Assembly (NCBI RefSeq): GCF_001194135.2
Contig: NC_068986.1
Location: 43,758,724-43,812,832, forward strand
DNA length: 54,109 nt
Direction of reading: 5' to 3'
From: Octopus bimaculoides
Taxonomy: Eukaryota
In this document: one piece after another, positions 25,043 through 38,342 of the stretch
Layout: every line of letters starts with the position of its first letter
How positions within the stretch are numbered: position 1 is the first letter of the stretch
Translations under genes and position numbers: made by a program
Notes under the pieces: model-generated
What the model saw: only the letters and a program-made list of their open reading frames with translations
What the model was told of the DNA's origin: nothing
Databases searched by the model: none

Positions 25043-26787
25043 TGGGATGTGCAAATCGAGGATTACTTTCGTGGCGTGAAAATGATACGAACTCATATTC
25101 ACATATTTGATTTTGTGTTTTCTTAAATTAAATATCAATCATGACACGTTTACCCACCGAAGTTAGAATCAGCAGCCATCTTACGTCAGCCAACAGTGAA
25201 AGTGACTATCTACATTATTTTAGAAAATTATATTCTATTATAAAAAGAAAAAACTTTTCTTTTGACAGAAAGTTATTTGTTAAAAAGCATTTAGCGACAT
25301 AGATGTGAATATTTCATAGTTATCGCTAGTAATTAGGATTACAACTAACTGGATTATTAGATAAATCAATTATTCTTGCAACAGAATATTATTCAAAAAA
25401 TAGTCTATTCGCTCTCTCGCTTTCTTTTTTCCGTAGACTGATCGCCTCTCCATAGACTGGCCAGAAAGCAGTCGTTTTGGCAGTAGCGCAGGACATTTAC
25501 TATTTGGGCATTTTACGGCCAGCTTACTAAAACTGTCCAGCTCACTTCACACCTAGACCTTACTTACAGTGATTATTACAACAACCACGACCACTATGCA
25601 GGTAATTTCTCTAACATATTCCTATTAGGGGTGCCAAAAAATAACGTTGCATTTCATGTAAATTCAAAACAGCATAAAACAAATCGTAAATATAGGGCAT
25701 GTATGCGCACAGCATGGGTCCATATTAATGTTTGGTCATTAACTCTGTGCTGGCTGGTTGATTGCAAGGACATCTTTCATTGGCTTGTTAACTACTATTT
25801 TCTGTATGACATCAGACTATTTGCTTGAAAATACTACATTACTTTTCGATACTTCTAATACATTTTGTTTCTAGTTATACAGTCCAAACTCTTTCTTTTT
25901 CTCAGTACGAATTTAACCAACTTTGACATATTGTCTGAACATTGAAACATAAATGGACTCATAAGCTGGAGTCCCAAGCCATTTGTAGCTTTCGCAATAA
26001 TTACAGCCATATGTTATTTTGCAGTTTGCGCATTTCTAGTTACACCTGTTTTCATTCATTGCAACAACTGAACTTTAGCTTCGAAGCGGACTTTTTTTCA
26101 GCTATTATGAATATGAGATGCGTGTTCAGCTGAATGAATACTCAATGCGGAAAAATGTTTCTACCAGTTTTCCTAAAATCGAGTCGACTTTTCCTTTTCG
26201 TGCCATTCTGGAAATTTCAATTCATCATACACCTTATATGGTGCATACACTCTACGTGGTGCATCATACACCCTACGTGGTGCATACCTTTTCGAGTACC
26301 TGATTCTATCTGAATCCTCATCTTAACATATATATATGTAGTTATAAGATAAGGATATAATCATAAAAATGATTATATCAGTGGCCTAGCGCATAAAAAT
26401 GACCGTACAGGTAACATTAATTATTTTACGTATATAATTATAAATATATAATTATCTCTGGGCATGGGTATGCAGGCACACTATACTCGTAGAATACAGG
26501 TAACAACAGAATAAACAAAAGTTTATCAGGAAACAAATATAGATAATCAGAAAATGGAGAAAAACTCAGATCAACAAGCCCTTCAATTAGACCACATTTA
26601 TAGCTTATTTAATACAAAAACATAGCATAACATTCATGTGACATAACAAATCTTATCGCCGTTTACGCATCCGGTGCCGATCAATGTTTACAAATAATTT
26701 TGACAATTACGTACATTATTCCCATTCAAAAAATTTTGTATTTATTCTTTCTGTGTAAAAATGTATCTGCTGATCTGCACGTTATGT

Positions 26788-26840
26788 TAACTGTACTACG
26801 ACGACGACGTCAAACATACCGAAACGTATGCACGCAGTTA
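26788..26840 (+). ncRNA. Degenerate hammerhead-like relic
   Basis: TAACTG...CC-GAAAC-GTA-TGCACG-CAGTTA; outer helix I pairs, but CUGANGA is corrupted (CTACGACGA). Confidence 0.3.
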
Positions 26841-28125
26841 TTGCTTCTTTGAAAAGAAAGATTCAACTGTCCGTTCCTGAGGAACTTTTTCGTAATTACT
26901 TGAAATTATTCCCCCTTCACTTTGAGAAGTACGAACAAATGACGCGTTTAATTTTGAATTCTGTCACGACTTCAAAATTTCATTTATTATCTACGACTTA
27001 TATATGTATCTTATTATGCACAAATATCTGTGTTCGTGTGTGTCTGTGAGTCTCTAGAGTAATTTCTTCACCATTTTTAAATAGCACTTTAAATTTGTGA
27101 TAGTTTCGTTTGCCGTTGAAATTGTTCTTCTACATTATGCGACACGATATATTAACATTTGCCTTGATTACACAGGTATTTCGACATTCAAGAAACTTTA
27201 CTAGCATTAACTTAATTGTCTCTTTGGTATTCTATAAACGTTCCTGCTTTTGATATGGTCTTGACATTTAACAGTAAAAATCTTTGTGATGCACTGCAGC
27301 CATCAGCATTCCAGTGATCGTAATTGCCTTTTATATTATACCGATGTTTCACGGTAATGAAGAAAGCTAGAAATTATTTGGTCAAAACATTGCTGGATAT
27401 CATCATTTGATTAGCATTTCTAAATGAAAGTGTGTTGAGACTGCTGAGAGCCTTTTCCCAGAATATCTACATATTGGAATCTAAAAGTGCAGTTAATGGA
27501 AAGAAAGTAAGAGGACGGAATTAACAAGCGTTATTGCTGAATCCACAGTAACATTCCTAATAGTAATTATTTTAAAATGAAACCTCTATTACACAGATCA
27601 CTTACCATAAGTACCTTTGGTTTAATCATCTGCTGTCAGAATAAACAAACGTATAAGCATGATTCGTTGCAATAAGTCAGAAAAGAACGAATCTCTTCAT
27701 TGCAAAGTGTTTTGTTTTTGATGAGAACGTCTTTGTATGTAACAGTTGTTATTTTATGATAAAAACAATGAATAGACAAAACTGATTTGATGAGTTAAAA
27801 TCGTTACATAAATAAACTTCACTCGTTTTAATATTGATTTCTTTTCAATACTCGTAGGACCAAGTTTTAGCAAAAGAGGTGAATGTAGTCGATTGAATAG
27901 AATTCTTTATGTTACTGATGTTAACACATGATCTTCCATGAACGACGAAGTTGACTCCAGTGGAATTTGAAAGTAAAGAGTCGAAAAAGTGAAATAATAT
28001 ACTTGGATACGCCAACATTCATTCGTTGAAATGTTTGGAAGTTCTGTGTCATTGGTAATCAAAATTGATTCACAGACACAGCCCAACGAAGTTGGTACTT
28101 GCTATACTCCTATTCACATATAGAC

Positions 28126-28190
28126 AGCTCAGTTGGGAGAGTGTTAAACTGAAGATCTAAATGTTCCTGGTTCAATATCGGGTTTCGGCA
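28126..28190 (+). pseudogene. tRNA-Phe(GAA): tRNA-Phe(GAA) pseudogene lacking the 5' acceptor strand
   Basis: 58/65 identity by eye to the canonical eukaryotic tRNA-Phe from position 9; anticodon GAA at 28151-53; T-loop/B-box mutated (TTCAATA); no CCA. Confidence 0.9.
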
Positions 28191-29554
28191 TATGGTGGTT
28201 AATCTGCTTCCTTTAACGGTGTCCCAGCATGGCCGCCGTCTAATGACAGAAACAAGTAAAAGATAATTAGACATATAATTGTAAATGATTGAGTTAACAT
28301 CTTTTCTACAGGTAGTATTTATTCTTTTTACTTGAGAAGGATAAAAAGCAAGCTCCAGCGAGATTTAAAGGCAAATGGAGAAAACTAAGCAGAGTAGAGC
28401 ATCTAGCTCAGCGTTCTTATATTTCGAATTTAAGCGAAGGAGAGTAATTTCTCGGTTTCGTTCGTTTAAATATTAAATCTGCATATGTTGATTTCTCTCT
28501 CGTTATCTTTTTTATTTCAGTACATCTTTCATATGTTGAGTTTACAAAACCATAATACATTAGACATTTTTACTCATATCACAAAATGTTATTGTTTGTG
28601 TAGAAGCTGAAAGTATATGTACACTTGAACAGCCGTTTAGATACAGCTCCGATGTCTACACATTGTTAACTTACATTACAGTTAACAGCTTTTAACAAGA
28701 GTTGTTTAACTTCATGCCAGTCCCTGGAAATTTGCACTACGATCAATAATGTCCATTCTCAATCATCTAGTCATGTTTTATGCATAATGTATCTTAAACT
28801 GCATTATACAATCTATTCTTCCTTAAGTATGATCTGGGGGGGATTTAGCTATTTCTCGCAGGCCCAGGACACATAGATGGCGATCCAGATGGGTCAAACC
28901 TTTAACAACTTTCGATTAATAATGCAATATAAGATATAAAAGAAATGAGGAAGCTTCGGGAAATGAAATTCTACACTCCATAAAATTTGACAACTTTAAG
29001 AGAATCCGAATAACAAGCCTGAGATTTATAAATACTGTATCTTTTTTTATAGTAAAAACTCACCCCCCCCCCTATCATTCTTTCTATGTCAGTCTGTCTC
29101 CTTCACTTTCTCTCACTCATATATATATCTATATATATATATGTATAAGAAATTAAAATGACAAAAGAAAAGAGTTTATGACAGTTTCTTATATTTTCTC
29201 ATTTTAATTTGTTATTACTGCTCTGTATTCGACTAACGCTTTGTTCCGAAGCATAAGTATACTGAGTTCTAAGACCGGGTTATTGGTATTGCTATGCCTA
29301 AACGAAATAATAATAAAATTAATAATGATATATATATATANNNNNNNNNNNNNNNNNNNNNNNNNNNNNNNNNNNNNNNNNNNNNNNNNNNNNNNNNNNN
29401 NNNNNNNNNNNNNNNNNNNNNNNNNNNNNNNNNNNNNNNNNNNNNNNNNNNNNNNNNNNNNNNNNNNNNNNNNNNNNNNNNNNNNNNNNNNNNNNNNNNN
29501 NNNNNNNNNNNNNNNNNNNNNNNNNNNNNNNNNNNNNNNNNNNNNNNNNNNNNN

Positions 29555-30470
29555 ATATTATTGGAACAGCTTAAAGACCAACGCTTTCACAAGAAGCTAA
29601 AGGAAAACGAAGATAACAGTACCACGAACAAAGTAAACAGAATCGTCTCAAAACATAGAAACATCATTAGAGAGAATGAGGTCAATTATTTAACCAACTT
29701 CTAAGTAAAGACCAGTAACTTCTCTGAACAACCTAAAATCCATAAATCGAAACAAATTCAAGACAACATAAAAGAGAAATATACATGTCAATCCCAAAAC
29801 CTACCCAAACCATATAAAGGAAAGATTCTCAAAACATTTATTTTAGAAGGATTGAAGTTCCTGATTGAAAACAATCTTGTCTCCTCTGACAATAACTTTT
29901 ATTAAACAAAAAGAATGGTGATGGTGACAAAAGTAGCACGTACTTACGCAGAGTTCGTAATAGGTTTCTTAGAGGAGAAACTCTCATCCCAACTATAAGA
30001 AAACTTTTAACCAACAATTCTCGATTTACATAAAGAACAATCGGAAACGATATTTAGATGACTGCTTTATATTTTGGAACAAAAATCAAGAAGATCAGGA
30101 AATCTTCCACTCACTTTTAAAGATTCTACATGCCTCGATAAAATTTACTACAGAATGGCACACGAAGAAACTACCATTTTTGAATTGCAAACCCAGAAAC
30201 ATGATTTACTGTGCCACTTTCCCAGAATACTATATTGGGAAAATGAGTATTGGATTGTATGAGAGAGTAAGTGTACATAAGCAACGAATTCATAATCTCT
30301 CCTTTAGAAACGCAACATGTAGTGAACATTTTGAAAACTGTGGCAAAAGAAAATTCAAAATATTCCTATTCTTTAAAAATATGGGCAGAAAATAAGCATT
30401 TTTGAAAAGCCAAAGAAGAATATCTTATTCGTAAATAAACGCCAAAACAACAGAAAATATTACTTAAGCT
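29555..30470 (+). mobile_element. Penelope-like element, internally deleted and decayed (RT + GIY-YIG remnants)
   Basis: QPKIHKSK; RYLDDCFIFW (YLDD at 30051-30062); NMIYCATFPEYYIG...RVSVHKQRI...CSEHFENCGKRKFKIF; AKEEYLI. Confidence 0.85.
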
Positions 30471-30553
30471 ACTATATTTACTATTACAACAATTTTGAAT
30501 CCACAAGATTTATTTGTCCGTACAAATAAAATCGTATTACAAGGCATGCCAGT

Positions 30554-30935
30554 GGAGGCGCAATGGCCCAGTGGTTAGAGCAGCGGATTCGCGGTCATAA
30601 GATCGCGGTTTCGATTCCCAGACCGGGTGTTGTGAGTGTTTATTGAGCGAAAACACCTAAAGCTCCACGAGGCTCCGGCAGGGGATGGTGGCGAACTCTG
30701 CTGTACTCTTTCACCACAACGTTCTCTCACTCTTACTTCCTGTTTCTGTTGTGCCTGTAATTCAAAGGGTCAGCCTTGTCACACTGTGTCACGCTGAATA
30801 TCACCGAGAACTACGTTAAGGGTACACGTGTCTGTGGAGTGCTCAGCCACTTGCACGTTAACTTCACGAGCAGGCTGTTCCGTTGATCGGATCAACTGGA
30901 ACCCTCGACATCGTAAGCGACGGAGTAACAACAAC
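30554..30935 (+). mobile_element. tRNA-derived SINE family B, full length, (CAA)n tail
   Basis: A box TGGCCCAGTGG, B box GTTTCGATTC; near-identical to 38343-38731. Confidence 0.92.
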
Positions 30936-30959
30936 GAGGCATGCCTAGTTACTTTTGCT

Positions 30960-31088
<129 letters not shown>

Positions 31089-31499
31089 ATAATGAAGGAA
31101 CTGTATTATCCCATTTATTCCTTGATTACAGCTGTTTCAAGAACATTAATCATTTAACATATAGATTAAATAAATGATTCAAGTTGGAAATAGGGATTTA
31201 TCAGTAATATTGATTATAGAAGGTGGGCCAAAAGTCAGGCACTAAGTTCGATACACTGCGGAATTGTCAAAGACATGCTTCAATGATGATCAAAATGAAT
31301 AATAATAATAATAATAATGTTTTGGTGTGTAACTTTTGGTCCATCCTTTATAATACTGAATATAAAATTAGTGTCACATAATCATTGTGCATATTCTTGT
31401 TGCTAAATTATTTTCTTTTCAGCTCGAATATTCTTGAAAGAACTATAATCAAGAAATAAATGTGGTACCAGTTTTTCCATCCTTTGCTTACTTTATACT

Positions 31500-31568
31500 C
31501 AGCAATTGAAGAATACTTCCTGAATTTTCAGTTTATACGAAACATATACGTCTATTCGACATTTGCTG
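31500..31568 (+). ncRNA. Degenerate hammerhead-like relic
   Basis: CAGCAA-TTGAAGA...GAAAC-ATATAC-GTC...TTGCTG; C3>T and proximal helices eroded. Confidence 0.3.
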
Positions 31569-31609
31569 ACTGAGGAACGGCATAGATTCCTGGGTCACCT
31601 TCTATATAT

Positions 31610-31673
31610 AAACAGACAGACAGGCAGAGAGACAGACAGGCAGAGAGACAGACAGGCAGACAGAGAGAGAGAC

Positions 31674-31713
<40 letters not shown>

Positions 31714-31714
31714 T

Positions 31715-31774
<60 letters not shown>

Positions 31775-31775
31775 T
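31610..31775. repeat. Compound (GACA)/(GA)/(GATA)n microsatellite
   Basis: Direct reading. Confidence 0.95.
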
Positions 31776-32663
31776 TCGAAATTAACGAAGAAAAACAAAA
31801 TGAAGAGATGAACTTAGTCTAATACTCAACGAGAGATAAAGAAAGTGGAAGTGTCTTTGATGTTTGAAGTTTGTGTTTTTTTTTTCAGAAAGCTAGTTAG
31901 AAGGAAAATGTATAGATGTGTGGTTGAGCGAGTGATTGTGTGTGTTTGTGTCTGTCTGTCTGTCTGTGTGAGAGAGAGAGAGAGAAAAACAAGTATGAAT
32001 TCGAACTCTCTTCTTACTCAGATGTTCCCGTCAAGTTTTAACCGATAACAATTGAAACTTATTCGAACGTGCAGTACACAGCTAACTTTTTCTTTTGATC
32101 TCAATCAGCCATTTATTCCTGACCCTCGCAGTATTCCTCAGAATTAACAATAAAAAATGGAAAATAACGAGGTCAGTATATTAAAAACAATAAAGAATTA
32201 CTCAATATTTAACCTACCCATTTCTATCAAGATTCTCTCCAATGGGAAAGTTTTTTTTATCAATAATCAATTAATAGTTTTTAAAAGAACGAACAAAACC
32301 TAAAATTAGATTGATTGACAAAACAATAGTTAAAATATATTTGAACTTCTTATTTTCAGCATAGATTATGAAGTATTGTGTTGCAATATGTATGATGGAA
32401 AATTTTCTTCTCTTAAGAAGGAAAAAATTTTCAGCAATTGTTTTCATTTTCGAAAAGTAAACGCAGTTTGCGTGATAAAAGATTTAAACAAAGAAACTGA
32501 ATTCAGGCTGCAAATGTGGCATTGTTTTTGTTATTATTCTTTCAATTATACACTCGGATTACTTGATGGAGTGACATATGCAAATTGCAGAAAATAGTAG
32601 ATACTAATGTTGCTCTAAAAAATTATGGCGAGAGCAAAAAACAGGTTAGTTATAATGTTAACA

Positions 32664-32984
32664 GGCACTCCATCGATTACGACGGCGAGGGTTGCAGTAG
32701 ATCCAATCGACAGAACAACCTGCTCGTGAAATTAACTTGCAAGTGGCTGAGCACTCCACAGACACGCATACTCTTAACGTAGTTCTCAGGGAGATTCAGC
32801 GTGGCACAGAATGTGACGAGGCTGGCCTTTGAAATACAGGTACTATTCATTTTTGTCAGAAAAGTGGACTTTAGCAACGTGAAATAAAGTGTCTTGCTCA
32901 AGGACTCAACGCGTCGCCGGGAATTGAACTCACAAGCTTACGATCGCGATCCGAATACCCTAACAACTTAGCCACGTGTCTTCA
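32664..32984 (-). mobile_element. tRNA-derived SINE family D
   Basis: Minus strand head gaagacacgtggctaagttgttagggtattcgg...gagttcaattccc, body ccttgagcaagacactttatttcacg, tail shared with family B. Confidence 0.85.
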
Positions 32985-33371
32985 TTTGTAATGTTGTCAT
33001 AAAGATTATTCGCAAGGATATCTATAAATGTTTATTTTTTTCATCCACAGTGTTTATGTAAGTATATTATCCAATGTGTTCTTCGTATTCTTAAGGCTGT
33101 AGAATGAGATGAGAGTAATATTTAGTTACTATTTCTCGCAGAAAGAGAGACTATGAAACTGACCCCACATTTGCTTTAGTTTTCGGATGTAGGAAGCCAG
33201 ATGATTAGATAAACCTTTGAACTTTTCATTATTGTAAAAAATGCATTAAACAACGAAATTTGAGACAGAAGTAATGGAGAGATAGGGTACAAGTCTCAGA
33301 TGTTAATAGTATAGCGAAACCGATAAGATACACTTTTCCTTGCAACTGAGAAGCTCTTTATATATGTACCT

Positions 33372-34620
33372 TTCAGGTCATCCCATAAGTTCTGTCCGAT
33401 TTTGCCTTTTTTTTAAATTGAATGAAATTTAATAGTATTTTAGAATGTCTAATGGAATAAAAAATAATTTTAATGCATTTATGTACATTTAAACTAATTA
33501 AATATTATTTTACAGAATAATAGAATTAAAATTTTTTGATTAAAACCCATTCTAACATGGAAGTATCCAAAGAGGAGTTGAGGCACATAATGCTTTATGA
33601 GTACAAAAAAGGAAACTCTGCAGCTGAAGCGACTCGAAACATACACTCAGTTCATGAGAAAGAATGCTTGAATGAAAGAACTTGCAGAAGATGGTTTGTA
33701 AAATTCAGAAGTGGAGATTTCAGAAGTGGAGATTTCAGTTGAGTTTGATGATAAGCTCCTTGAGGCATTACTTGAAGAAAATCCTGCAGTATCAGTTGAA
33801 GAATTGGCAATAAAGCTTAGTTCAAACTATACAACTGTTCATCGTCATCTTCGACAACTTGGAAAGGTTTCTAAACTTGGAAAATGGGTACCTCATGAAT
33901 TGTCCGAAAGCAACCGCAAATCCCGAGTTGACATCTGCTCTTCTCTCCATTCTCGCGAACTCATTTCACCCTTTTTGGATAGACTTGTGGCTGGTGACGA
34001 AAAATGAATCTCCTATCGAAATGTTAAACGTCGTAAACAGTGGCTTGATAAAAGGGAAAAAGCTCAACCACAACTGAGAAATGAACTTCATGGGGAAAAG
34101 GTTCTCTCTATCTGGTGGGATTGCAAAGGAGTAATTCACTTTGAATTGTTACCACCTAATGCAACAATCAATGCTCAAGTCTACTGTCAGCAATTAGAGC
34201 GTTTGAACTAAGCTTTGAAGAAAAAAAGACCCGCTTTAGTGAATCGAAAAGGAGTGATGTTCTATCAGGACAATGCGTGACCCCACACTGCAAAGATCAC
34301 ATCACAGAAGATCGAAGAGCTTGATTGAGAAAAATTTCTCATCCACCTTATTCTCCCGACCTTACTCCTTCAGATTACCATTTGTTTCGTAGTTTACAGA
34401 ATCATTTGGGGGACATAACTTTCGCAAGCCAGGGTTCTTCGCTTTGAAACCAAAAGAGTTTTACATCGATGGGATTAAAAAGCTAGTAAATAGATGGAAT
34501 GAAGTCATAGATAATCAGGGAAAGTACATCGATGATTAAATTTCAATTAAATATAACATTTGACCACTTGTTTTCTTTATTCAAAATTCGGACAGAACTT
34601 ATAGGATGACCTACCTGATA
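33372..34620 (+). mobile_element. Near full-length mariner (DD34D) transposon, transposase pseudogene 33557-34539
   Basis: TIRs CAGGTCATCCCATAAGTTCTGTCCGA / TCGGACAGAACTTATAGGATGACCT; MEVSKEELRHIMLYEY, WVPHEL, VAGDEK*, QDNA, YSPDLTPSDYHLFRSL; ~1.25 kb; stops and frameshifts. Confidence 0.95.
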
Positions 34621-34969
34621 CACTAAATTTTGGCTGGTAGATTCTTTACATATGTATTTGATTAATGATAAACTGTTACTGTAACACTAAACTGCTAACA
34701 CCCAATAATCCTTTTTTTAATATTTTGACACACCAAAGAAATAAATAATAGTGTGGTTTTTTTTTATATTAGGTATTTTATTTGTTTATTGAATAGTTTC
34801 ACGGTGTAAGTAAATGAAGTGTCATTAACAAGAGATTAAAAATCATCTGTGGTTACAACTTGCTACAAGTTTAGCAATTAATTATTTATTGTAATTGTTG
34901 AACAATGGTACACAGCAGCGAAAGATACGTACATACATATATACATACATAAAATATATACATACTTAA

Positions 34970-35582
34970 GAACCAGCATGTAGTCATCCCTTTAAAAACA
35001 AGGAATGCTGGTGGAACACTCCAACAAAAACAGCAATTCGGTGCAAACATAAGAGGCCTGATATTGTTCTGTGGAACAGGGAACAAAAGTCAAGTGCTGC
35101 TGTGGAGGTCAGCTACCCAGCGGATGTGAATATACTATCAAAAGTCCAGCAAAAAGAAAACATTTATGGTGAATTAATGCAGAACTTACAGCTCTTGTAC
35201 CCTGACTATAAATTCTCATTTGTACCTATCATCACGAGTGCATTAGGCTACGTACCAGAAATTTTACACGAAAACCTAGATTTACTAGGTTTTCGAAGTA
35301 AGAGCAAAATGAACTCACATGGATTCTCCAAATTCAACCTATGATATTAGTGGCACAGTGAAGATTTGTAAGAGATTCTAAAGATTCTCCATCAGAGAAG
35401 CTTTAGGTGAATTGATGCACACACTTGGGTGCGTGCATCGACTGCATAACCAACACACCAGCTCAACCACATATTTACAAACGCAGGGAACTTTCTTAAA
35501 TCAAAAAGACTTTACATTTTGTTAGCGACCGGCTTGAACTCTCTTAAGAAGAACTTAAATAAACTCAAAGAAAAACTCATGG
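34970..35582 (+). mobile_element. R4/Dong-type (RLE) non-LTR retrotransposon 3' end: restriction-like endonuclease domain + 3' UTR
   Basis: Open frame 34970-35344: WWN...KHKRPDIVLWNRE...VEVSYPADVN...KENIYGEL...FVPIITSALG, the PD..E/D-x-K RLE pattern. Confidence 0.85.
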
Positions 35583-36535
35583 ATACATACATACATACAT
35601 ACATACATGCATGCATAAATGCATGCATGTACTTATGGTAGAGAAGACTTGCCCAGAATGCCACGCAATTGGATCGAACATGAAACCCCAGAGTCTGAAA
35701 AGCAAACTTCGAAACCACACTCAAATGAATAATGACTACTGATTCTGGAACAAAGCTATAAGGCTCAAAAGGTGAGCAGTCGAAGGCAGTGACCTTAGTA
35801 CATACATAATTGGTAATCATTGCATTGGCTTGTGTGATGAAAGCTTAAGTAAACCCGGCGAGATAGTCACGCACATTGTAAAACGATGTAACTAGACATA
35901 ATATTGATTTGCATCAACCTGACGTTGTCACTCCATGACTTTCTGAATATTTGAAAATAAAAATAAAAATGTTTCGAGTGGGTGAAGATACTAGTTGTAA
36001 GTTCATATCTCATTACTGGTTTTGTTTTATATTCTAATCAAGTAGCGTACCAACAAGTAATAGTATCAAATTCTTTCAAATCATATTCAAGCGTTTAAAG
36101 TGGAGGCGAGTGGCCTACTGGTTAGGGTTCTGCGACTCATGAGTTCAATTTCTGGATTAAGTGATGCGTGGTGTTTTTGAGCAAAACACTTCATTTCACT
36201 TTGCTCCAGGTCTCAGATGGAAAAAAATGAGTATTCTTGTGAGAAACTGGCGTCCCGGTTTGGTAAAGGCTTCGAAGCCTTTACCATGCTCCTTCTACTT
36301 TATCACTATCTCTCTTTTATCCGTCCTGGTCAATCCTTTCCTTAGCTTCTTTTCTTCTGTCCATCGTTTCACTTAGCCCTTTCCTTCAAAAACTTCTCTC
36401 TTGACATATCCCATGCCTCTCTCTCTCTATCTATCTCTCTCTCTCTCTCTATCTCTCTATCTCTCTCAATCAATCAATCAATCAATCAAAACCAATTAGA
36501 ACGACGCAATTCGTAGTTTCTGTCACAAGACTTCT

Positions 36536-36590
36536 CTGATGAGGCTTATGAAATATTTGCTATGCTGAAACACCGCTGGACATGTTGTCA
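36536..36590 (+). ncRNA. Degenerate hammerhead-like relic
   Basis: CTGATGA-GGC...GCT-GAAAC; helix III and cleavage triplet not recognisable. Confidence 0.25.
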
Positions 36591-36621
36591 GATATGAATT
36601 ATGAATAACTTATTCATAAAG

Positions 36622-36889
36622 TATTGGGTTGTTCGGAAAGTTCGTGCCGATTTATAGCAGCTTACCTTTCGACTTATTTTAGAACATGGTTGAGTCCATA
36701 AAATAGGATTTGATTACACCTCCATTTAGAGCACAGTTTAAGCTATCTTTTCGTGGAAGAAGGTTTATGTTCCTATAACCTGTGTTAATTCTGTAACCTT
36801 TTAAAATAGAAAATAAGAAAGTTCATTTTCGGCAGTTGATGCTTTTATTTTCCGTAAAGGGAAAAATGTCTCACAAGCAACCAAAGAAA
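36622..36889 (+). mobile_element. Mariner 5' remnant (TIR + transposase N-terminus)
   Basis: TATTGGGTTGTTCGGAAAGTTCGTGCCGATT TIR-like end; degraded ENKKVHFRQLML...RKGKNVSQATKE. Confidence 0.7.
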
Positions 36890-36935
36890 CAACAAGCAGG
36901 TGTATTAGTTTGACACTTGGGAAGAATGGAAACTT

Positions 36936-36971
36936 CTTTGACGTTTCGAGCCTACGCTCTTCGACAGAAAG
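36936..36971 (-). ncRNA. Minimal type-I hammerhead-like motif, CUGUCGA core variant, intact GUC
   Basis: Minus strand CUUU-CUGUCGA-A-GAGC(GUAG)GCUC-GAAAC-GUC-AAAG. Confidence 0.6.
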
Positions 36972-38342
36972 GGTTGAGGGGAAAAGACGAAGAGAGAAAG
37001 AAAAAAGACAGAGAAAGAAAGAAATGTGTAGAGATTAACAGTTCAACATGGTGAAAATATATATGTATGTGTGTGTATGTGCATGTGAACACGTGTGTAC
37101 ATATGTATAGATGGGTGGGTGATATAGGAACATAAATAATTGGATCTGGCTAGTATGGTTGATGTAACTGCTACAAATTAATAGTTCGAAAAGAAAATGA
37201 GTGGGATCAGAGTTCCCATGCTGGGAGAGAATTCTGAGAAAGAACTGCGTAAAACATCCAACAAAGAACTTTACAATGGGATATCGGGTAATTTTAGTTT
37301 GGGACTACAAAAATGGGTCGGAAATTATAGTAAGTGAGCATGTGTGTATTCGTGTTATATATAAAAGATAATCATAATATATAGTTTGATACATTTCAAA
37401 GCTGCTTAGGATATCTAATTGCTAAATGATTGCTTTGCAACTTCAAGGAGTTAAGTACATAGTAATTTTATCTCCACTCCTAATAATAATTGCTTATGAG
37501 TTCACCTCGTCTCAAGAACAGTGCTACTGATTAATAATTGCCCATCTATTTGCTATAACTACGATATATATATGTTATGAATTTTTATACATTATACATT
37601 TTTATAGGTTCCTATATAGAATATCTACGGCTACAAAATATTTGTACATAAAAACAAAATAATTACCAGAAAAAATTATTTTAGATGAAAACATAAAATA
37701 CAATTAAATGTTTTTAAAATGTTACACGACAAAATATTCGACAGAAATTTAATATAGATAATAATCCATAATTGAAGAAGGCTTTTTGACATAAATTAGA
37801 TTAAATTTGCCAATATCTGAAATTTAGATTTAATAGAAAACTGCTCAGGTCATTGCACAGTTGAATTGAATTTATATATACTTTTTTAATTGAATATGTA
37901 TGTGTGCATGTATGTATGTGTACGTATGTATGTATTTATTTATTTATTTATGTATCTGCGTATATATGTGTGAGAGAGAGAGAGCGATAAGGAAATAAGG
38001 GGACAGACAAACAGAGAGACTGCTAAATAGATGCCTAATTTGAAACTAACAGTAAAAAGATATCGTCAAAACATGTATAGAAACATACCCGGAGATGCAC
38101 GACTGTGTTAATAGATACTGTAGATTCAATAAATGAGAAAGCCTAAACATGTTCTAGTTGAACTACGCTTAAAGAATAAAAATTTGGTCACGGGTGGGAC
38201 GTCTCTGATCACAGAACTGCTTAATTATAACAAATTTGTGGGTAACCCACAACAGATCAACAGAGAAGTCTAATTCGAACCAGTAGCCGCAGCCTAATTT
38301 TAAGTGACATTTTGCTTTTTTATTTTATTTATTATTCCAGGA

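Noticed and set aside
26223-26287. 18-21-bp imperfect tandem repeat (also a 45-bp-period pair at 22516-22590 and a ~100-bp-period pair at 52463-52645)
   Set aside because: Ordinary local slippage duplications with no further structure.
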